Source: Octopus sinensis (lineage: Eukaryota). Taken from it: a stretch of DNA of 64,000 nt. Within the stretch, counting starts at the first letter, position 1. Each line of letters begins with the position of its first letter. This document shows positions 25,930-38,907 of the stretch, piece by piece. A model generated the notes under the pieces. It ran no database searches. It was given only the letters and a program-made list of their open reading frames with translations, and was not told where the DNA came from. The stretch lies in the NCBI RefSeq assembly GCF_006345805.1, contig NC_043004.1, positions 17,608,001-17,672,000 on the forward strand, written 5' to 3'. The translations under genes were made by a program, and so were the position numbers.

Positions 25930-26221
25930 ATTTAAAGGGAATATTAAAAATTTTTCCCTTATGAAGTTTTTTCACGCTGACCACTTGACAAATTCTTATA
26001 AAGATTTTATCCTAATTTTAAATATATATACACATATATAATAAAATGCAAAATGGGACAAGAACGCAAGACATCCGGACAACTAGGTGATACAAAAAGG
26101 GACAACAAAACATTCAGGTAGACGATACAAAAAAACAAAAACAAAACAAGGACGGGTCATTCGAAGCCTGTTATCTTCTGTCAAGAACCGGATCATCCTC
26201 GCAATTTCGGCTGATTAATCC

Positions 26222-26281
<60 letters not shown>

Positions 26282-26714
26282 CTCACTCTCTCTCATTTCG
26301 CGACTAAAACGTTTCCTGCTTCGCTGAGTTAGTACTTGTCTACTCTGTCCTTAGATGTCCTCGCATTATACGAACACAAAAGTAAATACTTTTTTCTTTC
26401 CTTCTAGTACAGGACTCTACTTTCAGAGAACTAAATTTTGCGATAGAGTGGATAGTTTCTTACTTTTCTCACAAGCATCATTTTACCAAATATCAGACTT
26501 ATCATCAACTACCTGCCCAAATATATTCTAAAACTTCCCTGACGTCATCATATAATCTAAAGGCCAGACATACCCTGATCGCATACTACTTTTAATTTAG
26601 ATTTTATTGATTTAAATTCAAGAATGGTCTTCTCTGACGGATATTTTCCTTCTCCACTATGATTGTAATTTTACCGGCTCCCGCTCTACTATAATATGAG
26701 ATATATATAGGCAA

Positions 26715-26940
26715 TTTCAACATCACCAACCATCAGCCAAGTGCACCATCTTTGTTCAGGGCCACAGCTATCCAGTTCCCTCTGTGCTGTGCAGCATGCA
26801 TTCAATCAACCAGGCCCTTGTTACAGGTCCCTTTTTTGATACGGTCTGTCCAAAATAGTGTTCGATAGACTCTTGTTCTCTTTCCCTCAACACGTCCTTT
26901 CAGGACGGTCTTAGGCAAAGATTCGTGGTGCATCTTATAC
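26715..26940 (-). pseudogene. RTE-clade LINE 3' fragment
   Basis: SLPKTVLKGRVEGKRTRVYRTLFWTDRIKK...AAQHRGNWIAV matches the RTE C-terminal G.VEGKR.RGRP..W.D motif. Confidence 0.7.
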
Positions 26941-26941
26941 T

Positions 26942-27310
26942 CTTTTTTTTACTTGTTTCAGTCATTTGACTGCGGCCATGCTGGAGCACCGCCTTAATCG
27001 AGCAAATCGACCCCGGGACTTATTCTTGTAATCCAGTACTTATTCTATTGGTCTCTTTTGCCGAACGCTAAGTGACGGGTAAACACACCAGCATGGTTGT
27101 CAGCAATGCTACGGGAACAAACATGACACACAAACATAGCACACACACTTATATATATATACATTTACACAGGCTTCTTTCAGTTTCCGTCTACCAATCC
27201 ACTCACAAGGCATTGGTCGCCCGGGGCTATAGCGAAGATGCCACGCAGTGGGACTGAAACCCGGACCATGTGTGTTGGTTAGCAAGCTACTTACCAAACA
27301 GCCACTCCTG
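26942..27310 (-). mobile_element. SINE family B
   Basis: Near-consensus with small deletions. Confidence 0.88.
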
Positions 27311-27779
27311 TCCAAAATATCATAGCTGTGTGAATTTTATTCTCGACAATGTTTATATTTGGAGCTACCAATTTTCTAGCATTGCAGCGTGCGTTACTCT
27401 GATATTTTAATGACACTTAATGACGTGAGTTGAGGGTGTTAGCTCTGATACTCCAAACCTCATCTACCTCCAAATGTTGATTTGAACTTGTCAGTTAAAA
27501 ATATGTTGTCAGCACATCTTTTTTTTTTTTTTGAAAGATTTCAATTAGTGATGCATAGTAAATCTCACTGAACGCTGTTTCATTTATTTATTTATTTATC
27601 TATGTATTTATCTTTCTATTTATTGTATGCGGAGGTCATTATGTCTACAGCGGTATGATGTATCGTTTAATAAAGTTGTCGATTTGAATTTGTTTTCTTG
27701 GTTTTATTCCCGACCTTTCTTCTTATTCTTCTCGTATCGTTACCATTGAGTTTTACTACATTTTTATCCCGTTGTATAC

Positions 27780-28185
27780 ATAGACATGAGTATGTGTGTT
27801 GTGTATGTATGTAAGTATGTATGTATGTATGTACGTACGTACGTACGTACGTATGTATGTATGTATGTATGTATGTATGTATGTATGTATGTATGTATGT
27901 ATGTATGTATGTACGTACGTATGTATGTATGTATATGTGTGTGTATGTATATATATATATATATATAATTAACTATACATACTTGTGTGCCTGTGTGTGA
28001 ATATATATTTGAGCATATATATGTATATATGTGTGTCTTTGTGGGCGTGTCTTTGTGTGTGTATTTGTGTGTGCATGGACAACCGAAAGAGTTAAAAAAG
28101 TAGCGATAATATTTGAATACGCCCGCTTATATCTATATGTGCAAGTGTGTTTATGTTTGTATATATGTATTTATGTGTATGTATG

Positions 28186-28218
<33 letters not shown>

Positions 28219-28300
28219 AATGCATGTATGTATACACACACACGTACATTTATATGTGTGTGTGTGTGTGTATATGTGAGTGCGTGTACACCTTTATGTG
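27780..28300. repeat. Compound (TGTA)n/(TACG)n/(TA)n/(TG)n microsatellite
   Basis: Direct reading. Confidence 0.92.
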
Positions 28301-28821
28301 TGGCTGCTCAATCTTATTTCTTTTATCGACGAGATTGAATAAATGTCAGTTACATTCTGGTTATTCTTTCAAAATTGCTCTCTTATTTACTCAATGTCGT
28401 TTAATGTTTTGACAATTCTTGTTATCCTCTTACTCCTCCGCACTCTCTTTCCATCTCCTTTCCTTTATAACAATCTGAACGTTATCATTCATTTATTCTG
28501 AGATCAAGTTAAACTCTGTAGGTTGAAATTCATAACAAATCGTTGTGCACGAAAATAAAAATGAAATTATTCAACTAATAATAGAAATTTTCACTTGCCT
28601 TTAACTTCATCGTTGTTCGGTTTGAAATCATAGATTTGTTCTTGACAGCTGTTATAATAAAATGATGCCGACGATAACGATGTTTTTACAAGTCGAGAAA
28701 TCTCATACACCATTTGAGTTATGTTGGAAAGTTTTTACGATTTTTCATACTGCAGTAACGTTTCTATACAAAATACCTTTCCTACATACACCCAATTTTG
28801 ATCTTGTTTGAATCTTTTAAT

Positions 28822-29250
28822 GTATTGGGTTGTCCGGAAAGTTCGTGCCTATTTATATTAGCTTACCTTTCGACTTATTTTAGAATGTGGTTGAGTCCAT
28901 AAAATAGGATTTTACTACACCTCCATTTAGAGCACAGTTTAAGCTATCTTTTCGTGGAAGAAGTTTTTTGTTCGTATAACTTGTGTTAATTTTGTAACCC
29001 TTTAAAATGAACGATAAGAAAGTTCATTTTCGGCACTTGATGCTTTGGGAACCAGACAAAAATTGCTGCAGCTCGGCTGGGATGTGTTACCCCACCTTCC
29101 AGATTCACCAGATATTGCTCCTTCGGATTTCCACTTATTCAGGTCAGTGTCGTGACTCTTTCCTGTTGTGGCTTTTTTCATCCGCCACTTTTTCATCCAA
29201 GGAATTGAAATTTTTACCATTAAGACTTAATGGTAAAAATATATAACCAT
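28822..29250 (+). mobile_element. Internally deleted mariner
   Basis: TIR TATTGGGTTGTCCGGAAAG; MNDKKVHFRHLMLWE fused to TRQKLLQLGWDVLPHLPDSPDIAPSDFHLFR (YSPDLAPSD motif). Confidence 0.85.
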
Positions 29251-29366
29251 TTAGAGGCTGGCAGCTATTGCTCGAGGTTTTCAGGCACAAGGAATCCTCC
29301 TCCTCCTCCTCCTCCTCCTCCTTCTCCCTCCTCTTCCTCGCCCCTCCCCTCCTCCTCCTCATCACC

Positions 29367-29445
<79 letters not shown>

Positions 29446-30089
29446 GTGTGTGTGTGTGTGTGTGTATTCAATGGGCTTACACAGTTTCCGCCAGCCAAAT
29501 TCAATCTCAAGAAATTGGTCTATAGTAGAAAACACTTGCCCAAGGTTCAGCACAGTGGGACTGAACCCGAAACCACATACTTACAAACCGAGCTTCTTAA
29601 CCACGGACCACGGATCCATGCCCCAATAAATAAACAAATAAATAAACAAAATAAATAAAACGGTATTGATCACTGACCAATAAATTTTCCGGTCATTGCC
29701 TTAAATGTGTGAACTCGTATTCTGCCACACCTGAAGATAAGCCGGATTGAAACTCCTATGTAATTAAATATCATGTTCAAAGCTATAACAGAACGCCATT
29801 AGTGAATACAAACGTAGGTTTATTGAGTTGGTTACTCACAACTTTAGGCCTTAGTAATACAGTACCTCTCTCTCATTCTCTCACGGTCTCTCTCATTCTT
29901 TTCGTTTCCTTCAAAGTTACACGGGCAAATAACATTTATTAGGTGCTAGTAAGTATTGTTGGTGTTACTGCTTAGCTCCAAGACATCCGTGAAGAAAGTA
30001 GCTTGATACTCAAAGACAACCGACTTTTTAAAGTATTTATAACTACACTATAAAAAGCGTCTTTATGTTTAGCATTTTTAAATGGTATT

Positions 30090-30410
30090 TTTTTAATCTT
30101 ATGCTTGCTTTAGTCATTGGAGAGCGTTCATGCTGGGGCTCCGCCTTGTAAGGTCTAGTCGAACAAATCGATTCTACCCCAGTAATAATCATTTTAAGTC
30201 TGGTACTTAATTTATCATACTCTTTTGCCGAGCTGTTAAGTTAGAGAGACGTAAACAAGCCAACACCTATTGCCAAACGCAAACACACAAACGCACACAC
30301 ACACATGTATACGCTAGGCTTCCACATAGCCATTTGCCCAAGAAGCCGCCAGAAGGAATTGAACTCGAAACTAGCTGGCTACCAAGCAAGCTTCTTAACC
30401 ACACAGCCAC
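30090..30410 (-). mobile_element. SINE family B, degenerate
   Basis: Tail and head recognisable on minus strand. Confidence 0.7.
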
Positions 30411-30519
30411 ACTTGCGCTTAGGGTGTAATTTGATGAAGGTTTTTACTGCTACTTTTAGCAGGTCGATTATCAGCATAGAGAATACATTGTTAGTGAGAG
30501 ACTTTTTCTTTTGCCACCA

Positions 30520-30693
30520 TGGCTGCGTGATTAAAAAGGTCGTTTTGTAGTCCCATTGTTTGGGTAAATGTCCTCTACTATAACCGCTCTTCGACCAATG
30601 TTTTGTAAGTGAATCTGGTAGGCGGTAACTATGGAAACCCGTCGTATATATATATACATATACATATTATATATATTATACATACGTACATAC

Positions 30694-30750
<57 letters not shown>

Positions 30751-30970
30751 TAATGTAAATATGTATGAGCATTTGTGTGGGTCTTTGTATCTGCACCAGT
30801 GTTGGTTTGTTCACATCCCCATAAATTAGCGGTTCGGCAAATAACATCGATAAACTAAATACCAGACAAAAAGATCATAAGTACTGCGGTCGATTTTTTC
30901 AACTAAACACCCTCAAGAAAGTACACCAGTATGGCCTCAGTTCAATGATTGAAACAAATAAATGATAAAA
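30520..30970 (+). mobile_element. SINE family B with (TACA)n insert
   Basis: Head-core-microsatellite-tail. Confidence 0.75.
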
Positions 30971-31239
30971 GATATAGACATGGAATCCGTCTTCTTCAAT
31001 CACATTTTCACATTTTCATTGTCAATGGAAATCATTCATTAACGCTAAAACTGAAAGTCTAAATGGCGAACTTGCTATTTAAATCCATGCAATCGTTTCC
31101 ATTTAAGAAACTAATTTTTCTACTTTAAAATATTCATGCTTGAAGGTGAATACATCATTAAAACTTTGAAAGCAATGCGTTTCGGTACAAATAATTCATT
31201 CATACACACATGATAAAAGCACATATCAATATATAAAGC

Positions 31240-31660
31240 TAGTCACGCCGGGCGAAACACTTAGCGTCATTTCGTCCGTCCTTACATTCCGAGTCCAAAG
31301 TCCGCTGAGGTCGACTTCGCTTTTCATCCTCTCGTGGTTGATAAAATAAGTACCTATTTCTTTATTACCCACAAGGGGCTAAACACAGAGGGGACAAACA
31401 AGGACAGACATAGCTATTAAGTCGATTACATCGACCCCCAGTGCGTAACTGGTACTTAATTTATTGACCCCGAAATGATGAAAGGCAAAGTCAACTTCGG
31501 CGGAATTTGAACTCACAACGTAACGCAGACGAAATACCGCTAAGCATTTCACCCGGCGTGCTAACGTTTCTGCCAGCTCGCCGCCCTTAAAATAAAATAA
31601 GTACCAGTTACGCACTGGCGCCGACATAATCGACTTCCCCACTCCTCTGAAATTTGAAAC
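31240..31660. mobile_element. Family A SINE (+) interrupted by an A2 SINE (-, ~31357-31588)
   Basis: TAAAATAAGTACC occurs on both sides of the inserted copy (TSD-like). Confidence 0.8.
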
Positions 31661-32049
31661 CAATATATAGAGCTAGTGGTAGATATTATTATTTGAAGTC
31701 TTCCTGTAATAAAGGAGCTGGTTTCCGACAAAGATACAAAGCTCCATCGTTGAAATATAGAGAAAAATACAATTTCACATTTTGAGAGAAATCTTGCATA
31801 TTTTTACTGTTCCACTTACAAGTTGTATTTGCAATGTACGAATTAGCAGATTGATTTCTTTTTCTGAAAATCCAGGATTTTCCAGATTATCACTAACTTA
31901 AGCAATTACTGACAAAACCAAACGCATCATTTATTGTTGGTATAAACGTGAATTTATAATCTGGGTAATCAAAAATTTATAATCTGAGTAATCCAAGAGA
32001 TATTCACGTCAACAGGGCAGACACACAGGCAGACATAACATATATACTT

Positions 32050-32410
32050 TTATCTTTTACTTTATACTTGTTTCAGTCATTAGACTACAGCCATGCTGGA
32101 GCACTACCTTGAATTTTAGTCGAGCTATTATTATTTGGAAGCCTTCCACTTTTTCTATCGGTCACTTTGGTCGAACCGCTTCATAAACACAATGACACCG
32201 GTTGTCAAAAGGTGTATGGTACAAACACAGACACAAAGACACCCACAGGCACACACATATGTCAGGCGTCTTTCAGTTTCCGTCAACCAAATCCACTCAC
32301 AAGGCTTTGGTCATCTCGAGGCTATAGTAGTAGATATTTGCCCAGGGTGCCATGCAGTGGGACAGAACCATGAACCATATGGTTGAAGAGCAAACTCTTA
32401 CCACGCAGTC
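32050..32410 (-). mobile_element. SINE family B
   Basis: Consensus match on minus strand. Confidence 0.82.
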
Positions 32411-32479
32411 TCAATCACACAAAAACATAACTAAAATGATATTCATTCGCAATCACGAATGATTTATAAAAATATAGGC

Positions 32480-32845
32480 GTAGGAGTGGGTGTGCGATAT
32501 ATAGCTTGCTTACGAACCACATGGTTCCGGATTCGATCTCACTGCGTGGCACCTTGGGCAAGTGTCTTCTACTATAGCCACGGGTCGACCAAAGCCTTGT
32601 GAGTGGATTTGGTTGACGGAAATTGAAAGAAGCCGGTCGTATATATGTATGGGTGTGTATATGTTTGTCCCCCCCAACATCGCTTGACAACCGATTATGG
32701 CGTGTTTACGTAACCGATAGAATAAGTACTAGGCTTACGCAGAATAAGTCCTGGGGTCGTTTTGCTCGACTAAAAGGCGGTGCTCCAGCATGGCCACAGT
32801 AAAGAAAAACTGAAACATGTAAAAGAGTAAAAGAGAGTGAAGAGT
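32480..32845 (+). mobile_element. SINE family B
   Basis: Consensus match. Confidence 0.87.
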
Positions 32846-33023
32846 ATATATCATGTAGCTTACTCTGGTGAGAATAGCATTGTCAGCAAGTTAAACTATC
32901 GAGTAGAGGCGCCTTGTTGATTTCTGTTCGTCACGTTTCTTTCATATAGTTATAATATATTCCTTCATCTTGTGATTTTTTTTACAACAGGCACTTTTTG
33001 TTGCAAATTAGTACTTACTGTGT

Positions 33024-33345
33024 GAGGGCGCGTGGCTTAGTGGTTAGGACATTCGGCTCATGATCGTAAGGTTCTGAGTTCGATTCCCGGCGACGCGTTG
33101 TGTCCTGGAGCAAGACACTTTATTTCACGTTGCTCCAGTCCACTCAGCTGGCAAAAATGAGTTGTACTTGTATTTCAAAGGGTCAGCCTTGTCACTCTCT
33201 GTGTCACGCTGATTATCCCCGAGAACTACGTTAAGGGTACACGTGTCTGTGGAATGCTCAGCCATTTGCACGTTAATTTCACGAGCAAGCTGTTCCGTTG
33301 ATCGTATCAGCTGGGACCCTCGTCGTCGTAACCGGCGGAGTTTTA
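33024..33345 (+). mobile_element. tRNA/CORE-like SINE family C
   Basis: A box TGGCTTAGTGG, B box GAGTTCGATTCCC, core TGTGTCCTGGAGCAAGACACTTTATTT similar to the MIR CORE motif. Confidence 0.85.
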
Positions 33346-33780
33346 AAGTACTTACTGTAGTTGCTGAAAGTAGGTTTGCCAAAGAATATCGATGGCTTTA
33401 TTGCAAATTTCTACGGGACGTGTGTGATTGCATTATGTAAATCGTTCCACTTCGTGTGCATATATTACAGATTTCCCATTTCTAGACAGGCAAATAGAGT
33501 ACCTGCGATTTAAGATATGTTTCGAAATTATTGAAGAAAAATATTTAGAAAGTTAGGATTTTCAACTCAAATTAAAAAGGCCTTTTAACGTATATTCTGT
33601 ATATTCAGATTGCATGTGGAACAATGGAAGTTACACAAGACTTCAACATCTTGATTTTTATCGCAGTCATTGTTGAAATTCCAATGATTTGTTTCTCAAT
33701 GAAAATTAAAGAACCAAAAGAACATACATACATACACCACCTCGCATACACATGAATGTTCACTTTATATAAAACACACG

Positions 33781-33819
<39 letters not shown>

Positions 33820-33823
33820 TATA

Positions 33824-33856
<33 letters not shown>

Positions 33857-34436
33857 CAGATAAAGGGTGAAATATAATTAATTTAATAAAATCAACAAAT
33901 TTCTCCAAGTAGTTTTTCGGTATGGAAAAGGACCATATTCGGTAAAATTATATATAATTATAACAATGAGGGTCTTTGCAACAGGTTGCTAGACCACATA
34001 CCGAAAGTATTAGAAATAGCAGCCAGACGACTGTTATTTCTTTTACTACAAAAACGGAGAAATTCTGGAGGGAGATACGAATTCACTTGTCTATATAAAA
34101 TTGGATATGCTGATCAGCTTCTGTATGTCCGATCGATGACGCCTGTTCGGAATATGGTGGTAAGATTTCGTAGCATTTCTAGATTTATTTATCGGAATAT
34201 TATGTTGATGAAGGAAATGAATCTCTGATTCTAATCCAGAAACGTATGCGTCCATAATTGACCGGTCACTGTTTGATTTCGTTGTTTTTCTTCGTTTTTT
34301 TTTGCCAGAGTGAGTTACAAATACTGTTGTCTGTGGGACATATTTTTGTAGTAAAAGAAATAACAGTCGTCTGGCTGCTATTTCTAATACTTTCGGTATG
34401 TGGTCTAGCAACCTGTTGCAAAGACCTTCATTGTTA

Positions 34437-34447
<11 letters not shown>
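33857..34447. mobile_element. (TA)n-embedded short element with 105-bp inverted arms (33950-34054/34343-34447), internal HHR and one-sided tail
   Basis: Arms differ by one substitution; shares GCTGCTATTTCTAA..TTC.GTATG.GG and ATGGTCC..TT.CATAC motifs with the 564-bp unit. Confidence 0.82.
34199..34258 (+). ncRNA. Type I hammerhead with C3U core change
   Basis: ATTATG-TTGATGA-AGGA..GAATC-TCT-GATTC..TCCA-GAAACG-TATG-CGTC-CATAAT: 6-bp stem I, 3-bp stem III, GUC triplet. Confidence 0.65.
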
Positions 34448-34487
<40 letters not shown>

Positions 34488-35109
34488 ATGCCACAGAACC
34501 TCCAAAAACTAGAAACCAATATCTAAGCCTTGTCCAACCTTAATTAGGTTACATATGAAGAAAATCAAAACAATACCAAACTATGAGTCCAGAAATGCGT
34601 TCTACTTTACAAGAATGAAGGACAACCCAGAATAACGAGACTAAGATAATAAGAAATTGACAATCAAACATAACAATAATGTATTCTCATCATCAGCTGC
34701 CCAAACAGATATTACTGTGGTTTCGCTACCTGGACAGGACCATTCAATCGTGGTGTACGGAGAGTTAAAAATATAAATGTTACCTGGGAATCCATCAGCT
34801 TTTTACTACAAGTAACAACATAAGAGTAAACAAATGGCGATAACTTATAAGTACACAGTCGTTATAATGTAACAAAGAACTAGTTCCAAAAAGGACATTC
34901 AGACAATACAAAAAGGTAGACAACTCGATACTTTGTTTCTCAAACAACATTACATCGTGAACATGATATTACACTCAAATTAGGCCTAATAGCGATTAAT
35001 GGAACAGTACAACTCGTAAACAACGTCCTGGAAGTATGTACGAAGAAACGGATACGCTTAGATCAATACCTATCAAATAAGTTTACTTCTACAAAATATA
35101 TTAACCAAG

Positions 35110-35512
35110 GTGCAGGAGTAGCTGTGTGGTAAGTAGCTTGCTTACCAACCACATGGTTCCGGGTTCATTCCCACTGCAAGGCACCTTGGGCAAGTGTCTT
35201 CTGCTATAGCCTCGGGTCGCATAAACCCTTGTGAATGGGTTTCGTAGACGTAAACTGAAAGAAGCCCAACGTATATATGTATATATATGTATGTGTGTGT
35301 ATATGTTTGTGTGTCTCTGCTTGTTGCACCAAAATCGCTTGATAACCGATGGTGAGGTGTTTACGTCCCCAAAATTTAGCGGTTCGGCAAAATAGACCGC
35401 TAGAATAAGTACTAGGCTTACAAAGAATAAGTTCTGGGGTCTATTTGCTCAACTAAAGGCGGTGCTCCAACATGGCCGCAGTCAAATGACTGAAACAGGT
35501 AAAAGAGTAAGC
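35110..35512 (+). mobile_element. SINE family B
   Basis: Full-length consensus match. Confidence 0.9.
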
Positions 35513-35711
35513 AAACTGCTTATTAAAAGTAAAACAATAAAAATATTAAAAGAAAAAGAAAAAAGTAAACAGAACTAAATTAAATTAAAGACGTTTATAT
35601 AAACACATACATCTACAATTAAAACAAATAATCAACAACACTTCTTCAGTATAAAGAGACTAAGAGACAAAGCTTGTTACTTTGGAACAAATTAAATTAT
35701 ACTTAATTACG

Positions 35712-35748
<37 letters not shown>

Positions 35749-35879
35749 TATGACAGAAGTAACTAGACAGGGCATAAAACATTGTTTACGTGTAGTTTAA
35801 CTTGAAAAGGTTTATATTTATAAGGTTAGCAACTAAATTCCTGCCATTTTTTAAAATGTAAATTTTTAAGAGGTTTAAT

Positions 35880-37090
35880 AAAAAAAATACCAACTAATTA
35901 ATCAATAATGTATTTAAAGTATTGACCCTTGTTGTTTACAACTTCTTCCCAAACGTTCAACAAGATTGTCGATACTTCGTTGGTAGAAATCACCCGATTT
36001 CGACTAGAAAAATTGATCCAACCAAGCTCTCAATTCTGCATCAATATTGAACGAAACTCCGCGCGTAGCATTTGAAAGAGATCTAAAGAGGTGAAAATCC
36101 GTTGTTGCCAAATCAGGAGAGTACGGCGGGTGTGGCAGCACATTCCATACGTTTGAATGGCTTCCTTGGTCATATTTGCGATATGAGGGCGGGAGTTGTC
36201 ATGCAGCAGAACTCCATGCTGCAGATTGGGTTTTTTTCTCTTGAGTCGTTCTATCTATTGAACATAGAGTTCCGCATTGACCATTTGGTTCCGTTCAAGC
36301 AATTCGTAATGGAAAATCCCTTCTCAGTCCCACCATACGCACAACATCGTTTTATACGGATGAAGATCTTGTTTCACGCGTGGTATCGTTTGTTTACCGG
36401 GACTAAGCCATTCCTTACGCTGCTTCATATTGATGTACAAGCACCATTTTTCGTTGCCAGTAACGATTCGGTAAAGAAATCGTTGCTTGTGTCCTTGAGT
36501 TGAGAGTGACCAGCAAGCAAACCAGCGGAGATTGTGGCTCGCTAATTTTTGTTGTTGTCACTTAAAGCATGCGGAATCCATGCTCCTTTTCCATCGAGTG
36601 AAGATGCTTTTCTATAGCAGTGTGGGAGCATTCTATTTTCTCTGCCAGTCGTTGGACGAGAATTTTCGTGCAAAAGTTGTTTTAATCGCTATTCATCGAA
36701 CTCAACTGGACGGCCAGAACGAGGTGCGTCTTCGAGGTCAAAATTTCCATGTTTGAACTTGGCTTACCAATCACGAGCGGTTCTTTCAGCTATGGCACCT
36801 TCTCCATACATAGCACAAATGTCGCGGAGCAGCTTTTACGCCCTTAGAACCTTGATTAAAAGCAATAAGAAAGCGGTCTCGAAAATGCTCGTTTTCTTAA
36901 CTTGACTTTCCATTTTATTGATCTGAAAATAAACAAAAATTAACTAAAATTAACTAGAAAAGAAAAGAAATAGATTCCAAAATGATTCAAAAATAGAATT
37001 CTCGAAAAAAATAGATTTAAAAATTTAAAAACGTAATAAATTCGAAAATTAAAAAAAAAAACGGTGGGAACTTAGTTGTCAACCCAATAT
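35880..37090 (-). mobile_element. Near full-length decayed mariner transposon
   Basis: TIR TATTGGGTTGACAACTAA; WWD*EGIFHYELLERNQMVNAELY; LHDNSRPHIA; HPPYSPDLATTDFHLFRSL. The left boundary is approximate. Confidence 0.9.
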
Positions 37091-37094
37091 TTTT

Positions 37095-38290
37095 ACATAT
37101 TATCCCCATTTAAAAACATTCCAACTTTATTTTTAATTCTGCCATATCTAGCAACTTGACTGGAAAACAAGTCATAACCCATCCAAAGAGGAATTTTGCT
37201 CTCCTTCCAAGGCGACGATATAATGTTGAAATTAAAACTATTAGTTTTATTATAGATACTCGTTTCGACCTTAACATCTGCACTAATTAATCTCACATTC
37301 AAACTGTTAACCTCTTTTAAGGAGTTACCATTTCTATCTGCCTCCTGATCCACCGGATTTATTTTTCTCAGTAAATATTGAAAATACCCATAGTCGGGAA
37401 TAAAAATATCACCAGTATACCTGCAGCATCCACTGAGTTGGTTGACAAAAGCTACCTTTCTCTTCGGTAGAGATCATTAAGGAAGTTAAACTCACGTGAA
37501 GATAAATAAAGATTCACTAATACAAGACTACAATTCTCGCCCATCGGAATCTCCTTGATTTGCCTAAAAACTTTCCCAGCAAATGTGACATATGTATTAT
37601 TAACGATAAATCTGATCACCTCCCTCAGTCTATTTTTACTAAAATATAACCACTATATCTTAGACAAAAATCCATCACCATTTCTTATGGAAATATATCT
37701 ATAACCTTTATTAAACACAATATCAATTATACTAAATATACTTTCTTCCACTCTTTTCAAACCATGGTTAATATGCAATAGAAAAATTATATACATGCAT
37801 AATCCTAATTGCAATTTGTTTAACAATCCCTTAATGAAACTTATACTAAGAAAAAACAAGAAGAAAAGGTTTATTCCAGAATTGCTAAAGATTTGTTCAC
37901 AGTACGTCATAAAGAACGATCCAAGCACATTCAAAGCTTCACTAATCGACAGAGATATTTTTTTGTTTGTGCATTTTTTAGCACCGGCAATAAAATTTAC
38001 ACTTATTCGGTACCTTGTGTAATTTGAGAATCCAAAATCAATTTGGGATAACCATCATGTCCTCCTTTTTCCCTTTGGAACCACTCAACTTTTCCAATTC
38101 GGGAACTAATTTCTTTATTACCACAGTAGCTTTATCCGATACTATACTATATGTGTTATTACCCTTCAAACCGAAGTTACTATCCACTTCTAACTCATAA
38201 CCTAATAGCTTTACTTGATGTTTTGCAAGATTCCCAGACGTTTTTTCCCCCTGATACTACGACATACTTATCAGGCATTTCTAATGCATT
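37095..38290 (-). pseudogene. Decayed PLE reverse transcriptase, resembling Naiad/Chlamys-type RT
   Basis: FWILKLHKVP..FIAGAKKCTNK..YCEQIFSNSGIN; RQIKEIPMG; RYTGDI (RYIDDI); TSIYNKTNSFNFNIISSP..SKIP...Y..FSSQVARYGR. The subclade call is from recalled motifs. Confidence 0.75.
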
Positions 38291-38800
38291 TCTTGACTTC
38301 AGTCTTACTTAAAACCGATTGGTTTCCTATGGGGCCTACGTCCTTCTAATACGTCTCAGCGACACACTTGTTTTCCTATTCTACTAGTTTCGAAATTCCT
38401 CTAGGCTAACCCTAAACTTAACTATAAAAATCACTAACCTATTTTAACCCTAAACCTAACCATAAAAATTTATTTTAAAATAGAAAGCATCCTGTGAGAC
38501 TCGAACTCGTACGTTGTGCAAATATAGCAGAAGTGCTAACCATTCAACCAAAGCAAATAGGCACGCCTAATGCTTTTACACTGAAATTAATACTACAAGA
38601 AAAAAGTTACGAAATGGTGGTATTCCTATGGAAGTCATGTGGTTAAATAAACGTATATTTTCCTCTCATACAACCTGGCTTTATAATTTTATACACACAT
38701 ATACATTTCTACATGTGTATGCGTGCGTGTGTACATACATATGTACATACACACATACTCATGTGTATATGTATATATATACACACACACATTCATACAA

Positions 38801-38907
<107 letters not shown>

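Noticed and set aside
26350-26400. SLDVLALY resembling a PLE RT motif
   Set aside because: Eight-residue match with no supporting motifs in frame.
33024-33100. tRNA gene-like heads with A/B boxes (also ~9310-9370)
   Set aside because: They continue into SINE core or break off and lack a full cloverleaf; SINE heads, not tRNA genes.
34685-34730. Minus-strand GAAAC...CTGATGA as a type II hammerhead
   Set aside because: Stem I and stem II cannot be paired next to the core.
38400-38470. CCCTAA/CCTAAC-like motifs suggesting telomeric repeat
   Set aside because: Only a few scattered imperfect units; more likely part of an unidentified repeat.
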